From Gemmatimonadales bacterium (lineage in GTDB: Bacteria; Gemmatimonadota; Gemmatimonadetes; Gemmatimonadales; GWC2-71-9), in contig DASYRJ010000033.1 of assembly GCA_036004525.1 (NCBI GenBank), forward strand, positions 6,266 to 70,265: 64,000 nucleotides of DNA. Reading direction: 5' to 3'. The notes below the pieces were generated by a model, which was given only the letters and a program-made list of their open reading frames with translations, was not told the origin of the DNA and ran no database searches. Position numbers and translations under genes: made by a program. Every line of letters starts with the position of its first letter. Within the stretch, counting starts at the first letter, position 1. Positions 26,289 to 34,808 of the stretch are shown here, one piece after another.

Positions 26289-27829
26289 ACGCCTGGCGTC
26301 ACGGGATGCGGGCGGTGGTGCTTCTGGGCGCGCTCGCCGGCGTCGCGTCGGCCCAGCGCGGCGCGCCCCTCCTCAAGACGGATCTGATCGAGCTGCTCTC
26401 GAGCCCGGTGATCCCCGGCCGGGAGATCGCCGACCTGGTGCGCCGCAACTGCCTGGCGTTCCGCCCGACCCAGCGCGATCTCGCGGACTTCCGGAGCCTC
26501 GGCGCATCGGCCGATCTCGTGGCGAGCATCGCCGGATGTGCGGCGCCGCCGCCGGCGGGTGTCGTGGAGAGCGCTCGCCCCGTCGCGGCACCGGCCGCGT
26601 CCGCGCCCGCGACGCTGCAGGTCGTGGTGCGCCAGCGGCGCATCGTCGCCGCGGCCGGCGGCCAGGAGCGCCTGGTGGTGCTCGCGGCGCAGGGCGGGAT
26701 GCCGCAAGCAGGCGTGGCGATCGTGCTGCGGGGCAGTGGGAGCATCGAGGGCGGCTCCGGCCGCGACGTTACGGTCGCCACGGACGACAGCGGATTTGCC
26801 GTCTTCTCGCTGAACGTGGGCCGGCGTCTCGCCACGTACCGCCTCGAGGTCGCGCCGGCGTCCGGGGGGACGTTGCCGGGCCGGCCGGTTGTCGAGCTTG
26901 TCGTACGGCCCGGCCCCCCCGCGTCGGTGTACGCCGAGCCGCGGGAGGTGGTGTTCGACCAGGGACTGGACTCCATCGTGCCGGTCCTCGCGACGGTTCG
27001 CGATTCGATCGGCCATCCCGTGGCCGGGGAGCCGGTCGTGCTGGGGGGCAATCCGGAGGGCGCGGGCTTCCGGCCCGACACCGGCGTGACCGATTCGCTC
27101 GGGCGCGCGCGGCTGTTCCTCGCCTGGGGCGGCGTCCGCCGGGGTGGAACGCTCCAGATCAGGGTGCGCGGGCGCCAACTCGCCTGGGTGGACGTGATCG
27201 TGGGGACGCCGGTGCTTGCAGGCGCCACCGGCTTCCTGCCGACGCCGCTGTCGGGCGGCGCGGTCCACACCGACCTCGGCGCGCCCCTCGTGTTCGAGGC
27301 GCGCACGCGGCTCGGTCGTCCGGCCGTGGGGCGCCCCGTGTCGTTCCGCGCCCTGAACGCGACCGTGTCGCCGGCCACGGCGAACACCGACGCGGACGGG
27401 CGGGCGCGCGTCGAGGTCACGCTGGGGGATCGAGTGGGCCCTGCGGTGATCGTGGCGACGATCGATTCCATCGAGAAACAGGTGACCCTGCAGGTCGAGC
27501 CCGGGCCTCCGACGGAGTTGATCCTGGAGCGCAACGGCGCTCGCGTGGACGGCCGTTGGCTGACGGTGGGGCTCGATTCGACGTTCGTGCTCCGCGTGCG
27601 GGCGCGGGACGCGGACGGCAACTCGATGGGGGTAGCGAGCCTCGCGCGCATGTTGCGCGCGACGCCGTTCGACTCGCGGATTCCGATCGCGCATCTCGTC
27701 AGCATCCAGGAAGAACCGTCGGCGGTGGCCCTCACGTTCCGGGCGATCCGGCCCGGTCGCGCCAACGTCAAGCTGCGCACGGCCGACATCAGCACCTTCG
27801 TGTGGCTGGAGGTCGTGCAGGTGCGCTAG
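26285..27829 (+). CDS. Secreted protein: conserved N-domain, linker, about four Ig-like (Big_1-type) repeats; cassette copy B
   Basis: ATGA overlap with the upstream stop. Signal peptide MRAVVLLGALAGVASA. LLKTDLIELL..EIADLVRRNCLAF..LGASADLVASIAGC. Repeats such as NTDADGRARVEVTLGDRVGPAVIVA. Confidence 0.7.
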   Translation: MNAWRHGMRAVVLLGALAGVASAQRGAPLLKTDLIELLSSPVIPGREIADLVRRNCLAFRPTQRDLADFRSLGASADLVASIAGCAAPPPAGVVESARPVAAPAASAPATLQVVVRQRRIVAAAGGQERLVVLAAQGGMPQAGVAIVLRGSGSIEGGSGRDVTVATDDSGFAVFSLNVGRRLATYRLEVAPASGGTLPGRPVVELVVRPGPPASVYAEPREVVFDQGLDSIVPVLATVRDSIGHPVAGEPVVLGGNPEGAGFRPDTGVTDSLGRARLFLAWGGVRRGGTLQIRVRGRQLAWVDVIVGTPVLAGATGFLPTPLSGGAVHTDLGAPLVFEARTRLGRPAVGRPVSFRALNATVSPATANTDADGRARVEVTLGDRVGPAVIVATIDSIEKQVTLQVEPGPPTELILERNGARVDGRWLTVGLDSTFVLRVRARDADGNSMGVASLARMLRATPFDSRIPIAHLVSIQEEPSAVALTFRAIRPGRANVKLRTADISTFVWLEVVQVR

Positions 27830-27869
27830 CCCGCTTGGCGCGGCTCCCTCCCCGGAGTATCTTTCCCTC

Positions 27870-27970
27870 GCCCCAGGTCCGCAGGCTTTCCGCTCGTGAA
27901 TCGCGTCAGGCCCCCGCAGGGAGCAGCGCTAAGCGATGCCGGGATTCGTTGCGGGGAGCCTGGGGCATTT
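27870..27970 (+). ncRNA. ffs: Probable signal recognition particle RNA (small 4.5S type)
   Basis: Closing helix GCCCCAGG (27870-27877) / CCTGGGGC (27959-27966). Domain IV-like core GCGUCAGG-CCC..GGG-AGCAGCGC and GCCGGGAU match the E. coli 4.5S motifs GGUCAGGUCC..GGAAGCAGCC and GCCGGGAU. It sits immediately upstream of dnaX, as in many bacteria. Ends are approximate. Confidence 0.6.
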
Positions 27971-27971
27971 T

Positions 27972-28012
27972 ACGTGCGGCGTGAAGCACGCCGCACGCCC
28001 CACGCCGCACGT
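27972..28012 (+). promoter_or_regulatory. Stem-loop with two alternative 3' arms between ffs and dnaX
   Basis: ACGTGCGGCGTG can pair with CACGCCGCACG (27987-27997) or with the second copy CACGCCGCACGT (28001-28012). Confidence 0.3.
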
Positions 28013-28028
28013 CATTAGATTCCCCTCC

Positions 28029-29681
28029 ATGATTGCCTTGGCTCGCAAATACCGCCCCAAGCAGTTCGCCGACCTCATCGTCCAGGACCACGTCGCGGCG
28101 GCGCTGCGGGGCGCCGTGGCGTCGGACCGCGTCGCGCACGGCTACCTGTTCGCCGGTCCGCGCGGGGTGGGGAAGACGACTGCGGCGCGCATCCTCGCGA
28201 TGGCGTTGAATTGCGAGCGGCGCACGCCCGCCGGCGAGCCCGACGGCGAATGCGATTCGTGCCGCCGCATCTGGAACGGCGCCGCGAACCTCGACGTGGT
28301 GGAGCTCGACGCCGCGTCGAACCGCGGCGTGGACGACGCCCGCGACCTGCGCGAGCGCGCGATGTATGCCGCGAGCGGTGAGTCGCGGTCCAAGGTCTAC
28401 ATCGTCGACGAAGCCCACATGCTGACGCGCGAGGCGTGGAACGCGCTCCTCAAGATTCTCGAGGAGCCGCCGCCGCGCGTGGTGTTCGTCTTCGCCACCA
28501 CCGAGCCGCAAAAGATCGCCCAGACCGCGGCGCCGATTCTGTCGCGCCTCCAGCGCTTCGACTTCCGGCGCATCGGCCCGCACGCGATCGTGGCGCGGCT
28601 CCGGGACGTGCTGCAGGCGGAGCGCCTGGCCGCGGACGACGACGCGCTCCATCTCATCGCCAAGAGCGCCGACGGTGGGATGCGCGACGGCCTGTCGCTG
28701 CTCGATCAGGTCCTGTCCTTCGGCGAGGGACCCGTCACCGCGGCGCGGGTGCGCGAGGTGCTCGGCCTCATCCCGGACGACCTGTACGGCGAGATGCTGC
28801 GCCTCATCGCCGAGGCGGACGCCCCCGCCGTGTTTCCCCTCGTGGACCGCCTCGTCGAATCCGGCGCCGACCTGGGTGAGTTCGTGAGCGGGGCGGGCGA
28901 GACGTTGCGCGCCTTGCTGCTCGCCGGCGTGGGAGGGCAGCCCGAGGGGTTGACCGAGGGCATGCAGGACGTGATTCGCCGGCACGGTTCCCGCCTTCCG
29001 CCTCCCGACGTCCTCCGCCTCCTCACGATTCTCGGCGAGTCCGAGGAGCGGATCCGTCGCGGCGGCAACACCCGCCTCGCCGTCGAAGTCCTCCTGTTGC
29101 GGTGGGCGATGGCGGACCGGACGGTGGAGCTGGGGCAGGTGTTGCAGGCGCTCGGGCAGGGGACCGGGGACCGGGGCCAGGGGCTGAGCGAGCCGCCGTC
29201 CGCGCGTGCTCCGAACCCCCCGCCGCAGCTCCGCGATTCCGTCCCGTCGGTGCCGGTCCCCGGTCCCCAGGCCCCAGGCCCCGCCTCCAAGGGTCCCCTC
29301 TCCCTCGACCACCTCCGCGCCGCCTGGCCCCAGATCGTCTCCGACGCCCGCGCCAGGACGCCGCTCCTCGGGAGCCTGCTCGCCGAAGCCGAAGTCACGG
29401 CAGTCGCCGGGACCACGGTGACGCTGCGGCCGGGGACGGCCGGCCATGCCGAGGGGCTCGAGCGCCAGCGCGACCAGATCGGGCAGCTCATCGGGCGCTA
29501 CGTGACGGATCCTGTCCGGGTCACCGTGACCGGGCCGCCCGGGGAGCGGGGCGCGGCGCCGGAGCGGCCCGTGCGCCTGACGGAGGAGCGCGCCAACGCG
29601 GAGCGCCTCCGGGCGCTGCGTGCCAAAGACGCCGGTCTGAACGCGGCGGTCGATGCCCTGGATTTGGAGCTGCTCGAGTAG
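28029..29681 (+). CDS. dnaX: DNA polymerase III subunit gamma/tau
   Basis: ARKYRPKQFADL, GPRGVGKTT, four-Cys zinc module CERRTPAGEPDGECDSCRRI, YIVDEAHML, SRLQRF. Confidence 0.9.
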   Translation: MIALARKYRPKQFADLIVQDHVAAALRGAVASDRVAHGYLFAGPRGVGKTTAARILAMALNCERRTPAGEPDGECDSCRRIWNGAANLDVVELDAASNRGVDDARDLRERAMYAASGESRSKVYIVDEAHMLTREAWNALLKILEEPPPRVVFVFATTEPQKIAQTAAPILSRLQRFDFRRIGPHAIVARLRDVLQAERLAADDDALHLIAKSADGGMRDGLSLLDQVLSFGEGPVTAARVREVLGLIPDDLYGEMLRLIAEADAPAVFPLVDRLVESGADLGEFVSGAGETLRALLLAGVGGQPEGLTEGMQDVIRRHGSRLPPPDVLRLLTILGESEERIRRGGNTRLAVEVLLLRWAMADRTVELGQVLQALGQGTGDRGQGLSEPPSARAPNPPPQLRDSVPSVPVPGPQAPGPASKGPLSLDHLRAAWPQIVSDARARTPLLGSLLAEAEVTAVAGTTVTLRPGTAGHAEGLERQRDQIGQLIGRYVTDPVRVTVTGPPGERGAAPERPVRLTEERANAERLRALRAKDAGLNAAVDALDLELLE

Positions 29682-29718
29682 CTTGCCACCCATTCCGGCG
29701 AGGGGTAACTTTCGACGT

Positions 29719-30039
29719 ATGGCGGATTTATCCAGCCTGCTCCAGCTGAGCCAGCAGATGCAGGGGCGGTTGTCGGAGATTCAATCGCAGCTGGCGCAGC
29801 AGACGGTGACGGTGTCGGCCGGTGGGGGGATGGTGCAGGCCACCGCCGACGGGCGCGGGCAGATTCGCGCCATCAAAATCGACCCCCAGGCGGTCAGCCA
29901 GGGCGACGTCGAGATGCTGGAGGATCTCGTGCTCGCCGCGGTGGCGGAGGCGCAGAAGCGCGCGTCCGAGCTGTACCAGGCGGAGGTGCGGAAGCTGGCG
30001 TCGGGCCTGCCGTTCCCGTTTCAGTTGCCGCCGCCGTAG
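29719..30039 (+). CDS. ybaB: YbaB/EbfC nucleoid-associated protein
   Basis: 106 aa. QQMQGRLSEIQSQL..GGGMVQATADGRGQIRAIKIDP..DVEMLEDLVLAAV. Confidence 0.85.
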   Translation: MADLSSLLQLSQQMQGRLSEIQSQLAQQTVTVSAGGGMVQATADGRGQIRAIKIDPQAVSQGDVEMLEDLVLAAVAEAQKRASELYQAEVRKLASGLPFPFQLPPP

Positions 30040-30047
30040 GACACGCC

Positions 30048-30650
30048 GTGTCGGCCATCGAGGAGCTCGTGGCGGAGCTCGCCAAGCTCCCCGGCATCGG
30101 GCGGAAGACGGCGCAGCGGCTCACGTTTTACCTGCTGAAGCAGCCCGCCGAGGCGGCGGAGCGGTTGGCGGAGGCCCTGCGGCGCGTCCGTGGGCAGGTC
30201 ACCGCCTGCGGGGTGTGCGGGAACCTCGCGGAGGAGGACCCGTGCCCCATCTGCCGCGATCCGCGCCGCGACGCCGCCCTGTTGTGCGTGGTGGAGGAGT
30301 CGGCCGACGTCGGGGCGATCGAACGCGCCGGCCGCTACCGCGGCCGATACCATGTACTGGGCGGCCGGATCTCGCCCCTGGATGGCGTGGGTCCGGATGA
30401 TCTGCATGTGGACCGCTTGCTCGCGCGGTTGGGGAACGGCTCCGGCGTCCGCGAGGTGATCGTGGCGACCAATCCCTCGATGGAGGGAGAAGCCACCGCG
30501 ACGTACCTGCAGCAGGTGCTGCGGCCGACCGGCGTGCGCGTCACGCGGATCGCGCGCGGCCTGCCCGTGGGCGGCGACCTCGAGTACGCCGACGCGGTTA
30601 CCATCGCCCAGGCCCTGGCGGCGCGGCGCGACATGTCCGAGACCGAGTGA
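30048..30650 (+). CDS. recR: Recombination protein RecR
   Basis: LPGIGRKTAQRL, C4 zinc finger CGVCGN..CPIC, Toprim segment. Confidence 0.9.
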   Translation: MSAIEELVAELAKLPGIGRKTAQRLTFYLLKQPAEAAERLAEALRRVRGQVTACGVCGNLAEEDPCPICRDPRRDAALLCVVEESADVGAIERAGRYRGRYHVLGGRISPLDGVGPDDLHVDRLLARLGNGSGVREVIVATNPSMEGEATATYLQQVLRPTGVRVTRIARGLPVGGDLEYADAVTIAQALAARRDMSETE

Positions 30651-30662
30651 GCGAGGAGGCGC

Positions 30663-31148
30663 ATGGCGGGGGCGGCGAGCTGGTCGTTTAACGAGAACGA
30701 CTTCAAGCAGATTCAGGCCCACCTGCAGGCGTTCCTCCGGGACTGCAACGCCCGCTGCGCCCTGCTCGTGGACCGGAACGGCCAGCTCGTCGCCACGGTG
30801 GGGGAGACGCCGCAGTTCGACCCCACAGCGTTCGCCTCGCTCACCGCCGCCGACTTCAGCGCCAACGACCAGCTCGCCAAGATGATCGGCGAGCCGGAAT
30901 TCGCGTCGCTCGTCCACCAGGGCGAGCGCGAATCCATGTATCTCGCCGACGTCGCGAAACGCGTCATTCTCGTGGTGCTGTTCGATCAGCGCGCCACGCT
31001 CGGCCTCGTGAAGATCAAGGCCAGGGGCGTGGTGGAGAATCTCAACAAGGTGTTCGAGGAGATGTTCAATCGGGTGGGTGCCGGGCCGACCCAGAAGAAG
31101 GGTCTGCTCGAAGGGGCGGAAGACGAAATTGACAAACTCTTCGGGTAA
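30663..31148 (+). CDS. mglB: Roadblock/LC7 domain protein, MglB-like GTPase-activating protein
   Basis: Collinear similarity to Myxococcus MglB (LVDRNGQLVATVG, SLTAADFSAN, LGLVKIK). It lies directly upstream of mglA. Confidence 0.8.
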   Translation: MAGAASWSFNENDFKQIQAHLQAFLRDCNARCALLVDRNGQLVATVGETPQFDPTAFASLTAADFSANDQLAKMIGEPEFASLVHQGERESMYLADVAKRVILVVLFDQRATLGLVKIKARGVVENLNKVFEEMFNRVGAGPTQKKGLLEGAEDEIDKLFG

Positions 31149-31160
31149 GGGGACGCGCCC

Positions 31161-31835
31161 ATGTCGATGATCAACTACGCGTCCCGCGAGATCAACTGCA
31201 AGCTCGTGTACTACGGGCCCGGCCTCGGCGGCAAAACGACCAACCTGGAGCACATCTACGGGAAGGTCTCGCCCAACACGCGCGGCAAGATGATCTCGCT
31301 CGCCACCGAGACCGAGCGCACCCTCTTCTTCGACTTTCTCCCCGTGGACCTGGGCACGATCCGGGGCTTCAAGACGCGGTTCCACCTCTACACCGTGCCC
31401 GGCCAGGTGTACTACAACGCGAGCCGCAAGCTCATCCTGAAGGGCGTGGACGGCATCGTGTTCGTGGCCGACAGCCAGATCGAGCGGATGGAAGCGAACG
31501 TCGAATCGATGCAGAACCTGTACGACAACATGGCCGAATACGGCTACGACCTCACCAAGATCCCGTTCGTGATCCAGTACAACAAGCGGGACCTCCCCAA
31601 CGCCGCCCCGATCAGGGAGCTCCAGGCCGCGCTCAATCCGGGGTGGCCGATCGAAGACGCCGCGCAGCAGAAGGTGACCCCCGACCCCGCGCACCCGGGC
31701 GAGAACCTGATCGAGAAGGCCGGCGCCGAGTGGGTCGGCCACGCGGCCTACCACGAGGCCGTGGCGGTGCGCGGGGACGGCGTGTTCGACACGCTGAAGG
31801 CGGTCAGCAAGTTGGTTCTGAAGACCCTGAGCTGA
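31161..31835 (+). CDS. mglA: MglA-type Ras-like GTPase with ~30-aa C-terminal insertion
   Basis: [67 protein letters not shown] are nearly identical to Myxococcus MglA. An extra segment [37 protein letters not shown] is present. Confidence 0.9.
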   Translation: MSMINYASREINCKLVYYGPGLGGKTTNLEHIYGKVSPNTRGKMISLATETERTLFFDFLPVDLGTIRGFKTRFHLYTVPGQVYYNASRKLILKGVDGIVFVADSQIERMEANVESMQNLYDNMAEYGYDLTKIPFVIQYNKRDLPNAAPIRELQAALNPGWPIEDAAQQKVTPDPAHPGENLIEKAGAEWVGHAAYHEAVAVRGDGVFDTLKAVSKLVLKTLS

Positions 31836-31849
31836 AAGGCGCCGGTCCC

Positions 31850-32491
31850 GTGCGCTGGACCCTGCCGAACATCATCACCCTGGCCCGCATCTGCCTCACG
31901 CCGGTCATCGCGCTGCTCCCGTTCATCGAAGGGCTCTGGCCGAAGGTGATCGCGTTCGTGATCTTCCTCGTCGCGGCGTTTTCCGACGCCGTGGACGGCT
32001 GGCTCGCGCGCCGCTACAACACCGTGAGCGAGCTGGGCCAGCTCCTCGATCCCATCGCCGACAAGCTGCTGCTGTTCGCCACCCTGATCCCGATCTTCTG
32101 GATCACCCGGCATCCGACGATCCTCGTGGATTACCGCATCCCCTGGTGGGGGAGCTTCCCGGTCTGGGTCGCGCTGTTGCTCGTGGGACGCGAGGTGCTG
32201 ATCACCGCATTCCGCTTTTTTGCGCGACGGCGCGGCGTCGTGATCCCGGCGGTGGGCGCGGGAAAGGCCAAGGCGCTGGTGCAGAACATCTTCATCGGCG
32301 CCACGATCGCGTGGTTCGCCTGGAAGGACGCCATCGCCGCCCACAAGTTTGCCGGGACGTTCCGCAACTTCTGGGACCAGTTCCACGGGATCTTCGTGGC
32401 CGTGACGCTGGCCGGCGCGATCGTGCTGACCGTGTACTCCCTCGGCGTCTACCTGTACCGCTACCGGGCCCTCTTCACCGCCGGCAAGTGA
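31850..32491 (+). CDS. pgsA: CDP-alcohol phosphatidyltransferase (PgsA-like)
   Basis: GTG start. Motif DAVDGWLARR..x..G..LDPIADK. Multiple TM helices. Confidence 0.75.
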   Translation: MRWTLPNIITLARICLTPVIALLPFIEGLWPKVIAFVIFLVAAFSDAVDGWLARRYNTVSELGQLLDPIADKLLLFATLIPIFWITRHPTILVDYRIPWWGSFPVWVALLLVGREVLITAFRFFARRRGVVIPAVGAGKAKALVQNIFIGATIAWFAWKDAIAAHKFAGTFRNFWDQFHGIFVAVTLAGAIVLTVYSLGVYLYRYRALFTAGK

Positions 32492-33738
32492 AGCTCGAGG
32501 TCGTCACCATCGGCACCGAGCTGGTGCTGGGCCTCACGCCCGACACCAATGCCGCGGAGCTGGGCCGGGGCCTCGCCGCCGCCGGGGCCGAGGTCGCGCG
32601 CCACGTCGCCGTCCCCGACCGTCCCGACGCGATCCGCGCCGCCGTGGCCGAGGCGCTCGCGCGGACGGGCTTCGTCGTCGCCACCGGCGGCCTGGGCCCG
32701 ACGCGCGACGACATCACCAAGCACGCCGTCGCCGCCCTGTTCGGGATGCCGCTCCGGCTGAACGAGGAAGTGCTCCGCACCCTCGAGGCCCGGTTCCGCC
32801 GCCTCGGCCGACCCATGCCGGCGGTGAACCGCAGCCAGGCGGAAGTCCCCGAAGGCGCCACCGTGCTGCCGAACCCACGGGGCACCGCCCCGGGGTTGTG
32901 GCTCGAGGACGGGCAGGGTCGCGTCGCCGTCTTGCTGCCCGGCGTACCGTCCGAAATGCGCGGGCTGCTGGTCGAGGAAGTGCTGCCCCGCCTGGTGCGG
33001 CGCGCCGGCGACCCCACGCGCGTCGTCCTGTCACGGATGCTCCGGACGACCGGCGTCCCCGAGTCGGCGCTGGCGGAGCGGATCGGGCCGATCGAAGAGG
33101 CGATCGCGCCCCTCACCCTGGCCTACCTGCCTTCAGTGGACGGCGTGGACCTGCGGGTGACGGCGTGGGCGCTGCCGCGGCAGGACGCCGAGCGGCAGCT
33201 CGCCGCCGCCGTCGAGAACCTCCGCGGGCGCCTCGGCGACCACTGCTACGGGGAAGATGGCGCCGATCTCGCCGCGGTCGTGCTGGAGGTGCTGCGCGCG
33301 CGCGGCGGCAGGCTCGCGGTGGGAGAGTCGTGCACCGGCGGGCTGCTCGCGGGGCGCCTGACCGCCATCCCCGGGGCATCGGACGTCTTCGTCGGCGGCA
33401 TCGTGGCGTACGACGACGCGGTCAAGACCGAGCTGCTCGACGTGCCGCGGGCGACGATCGAGGCGCACGGCGCCGTCTCCGAGGAAACCGTTCGCGCCAT
33501 GGCCGAGGGCGCCCAGCGCCGCTTCGAATCCTGGGCCGCGCTGGCGGTCACGGGGATTGCGGGGCCGACGGGCGGGACGACGGACAAACCGGTGGGCACG
33601 GTCTGGCTCGCGGCGCGGCTCGGCGCCGAGACGCGCGCCCTGAGGCGCGTCTTCCCCGGGGACCGCGCCGAGATCCGGGCCCGCTCGGCGCAGGCGGCGC
33701 TCGATCTGCTGCGCCGCCTGCTGCACGAGTCCCCGTGA
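32488..33738 (+). CDS. cinA: CinA family protein (competence/damage-inducible; MoCF-binding domain plus nicotinamide-nucleotide amidase domain)
   Basis: GTGA overlap. VKLEVVTIGTELVLG, TGGLGPTRDDIT, C-terminal ESCTGGLLAGRLT..GASDVF. Confidence 0.85.
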   Translation: MKLEVVTIGTELVLGLTPDTNAAELGRGLAAAGAEVARHVAVPDRPDAIRAAVAEALARTGFVVATGGLGPTRDDITKHAVAALFGMPLRLNEEVLRTLEARFRRLGRPMPAVNRSQAEVPEGATVLPNPRGTAPGLWLEDGQGRVAVLLPGVPSEMRGLLVEEVLPRLVRRAGDPTRVVLSRMLRTTGVPESALAERIGPIEEAIAPLTLAYLPSVDGVDLRVTAWALPRQDAERQLAAAVENLRGRLGDHCYGEDGADLAAVVLEVLRARGGRLAVGESCTGGLLAGRLTAIPGASDVFVGGIVAYDDAVKTELLDVPRATIEAHGAVSEETVRAMAEGAQRRFESWAALAVTGIAGPTGGTTDKPVGTVWLAARLGAETRALRRVFPGDRAEIRARSAQAALDLLRRLLHESP

Positions 33739-34571
33739 ACCGCTTCAACGCCCCCGACGGGACTCCCCTCGTCTTCGACGCGTACGAGCTCCCGTCATCC
33801 TCTCCGGGCCCCAGAGCGGCCGTGCTCTTCCTGCACGGCTGGTCGGACCACGCCGGCCGGTGGACGGCGACGGCCCGGCGGTTGCGCGACGCCGGCTTCG
33901 CCGCCTACCTCCTCGACCAACGCGGCCACGGGCGCTCGGGCGGCCGGCGCGGCCACCTGTCGCGCTTCAGCCAGCTGCTCGGCGACCTCCAGGCATTCCG
34001 GCGCGCGGTGCGCCTCGGGACCACCGCACCGCAAGTGCTGGTCGGCCACTCGTTCGGCGCGCTGGTCGTGCTGCGCTATCTCGAGACCCAGCCGGGCGAC
34101 CCGCCGGCCGCTGCGGTGGTATCGAGCCCGTGGCTCGGTCTCGCGACGCCCGCGCCGGCGTGGAAGCGCCTCGTCGCGCGGCTCCTGGCCGACCTGTGGC
34201 CCACCCTGACCTTGCGCGCCGGCGTGGACGCAGACCACCTCTCCCGCGACCCGGCGGTCAACGCCGCGTGGGCGGCGGACCCCGCGTGCCACGACGTGAT
34301 GACGCCGGGCGCGTGGGCCGAGATTCGGTGGGCACAACGCGCCGTCGTCGCGGATGGCCGGCGCATCGACTGTCCGCTGCTCTTCCTCCTCGCGGGAGAG
34401 GATCGCGTCGCGGACGCACACCTGGCGCGCGCCTTTGCCGACGGGCTCAAGGCAGGGGGCGCCGTCGAAATGCGCTGGTACGCGGAAATGCACCACGAGG
34501 TGCTGAACGACCCCCAGGGGAAGCGCGTCGTCGCGGATGTGGTGGAGTTCCTGGGGAGGCGGGGGCTGTGA
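33735..34571 (+). CDS. Alpha/beta hydrolase (lysophospholipase / monoacylglycerol-lipase-like)
   Basis: GTGA overlap. LFLHGWSDHAGRW, nucleophile elbow VGHSFGA, C-terminal HHEVLND. Confidence 0.8.
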   Translation: MNRFNAPDGTPLVFDAYELPSSSPGPRAAVLFLHGWSDHAGRWTATARRLRDAGFAAYLLDQRGHGRSGGRRGHLSRFSQLLGDLQAFRRAVRLGTTAPQVLVGHSFGALVVLRYLETQPGDPPAAAVVSSPWLGLATPAPAWKRLVARLLADLWPTLTLRAGVDADHLSRDPAVNAAWAADPACHDVMTPGAWAEIRWAQRAVVADGRRIDCPLLFLLAGEDRVADAHLARAFADGLKAGGAVEMRWYAEMHHEVLNDPQGKRVVADVVEFLGRRGL

Positions 34572-34808
34572 ACCGAGGTTGGAACTGAGCCATCTCGTGC
34601 TCCGTTATGTCCGTGGCTTGAATCCTTTAAGGACCCGCGTATTGGCCGAGCCGGCGCTTCAGCGCACGGACCGGGCGGACCTCGACACGTTCTTTGCATC
34701 GGTCTATCTTGTTGCCAAACCGAAAGTTCCGGTGCCGCACCTGACCCGCTGACTCCGCCAAAACGGCGGGCTTCAGGCGGCACGCTGGTTGCTAACCCAG
34801 CGGAGACC

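Noticed and set aside
28029-29681. Programmed frameshift or transcriptional slippage site in dnaX (gamma/tau)
   Set aside because: I saw no A-AAA-AAG heptamer or long A-run in the gene, so there is nothing to support it from sequence.
27906-31754. Long minus-strand ORFs 27906..29693 (595 aa) and 30021..31754 (577 aa)
   Set aside because: They are antisense to dnaX, recR, mglB and mglA, which are recognised with near-textbook motifs.
34572-34808. CIRCE element or sigma32 promoter upstream of grpE-dnaJ
   Set aside because: No TTAGCACTC-N9-GAGTGCTAA-like inverted repeat is present. CTTGAA (34618) followed by CCCGCGTAT resembles a sigma32 promoter, but the spacer is only about 11 nt, too short for the known consensus spacing.
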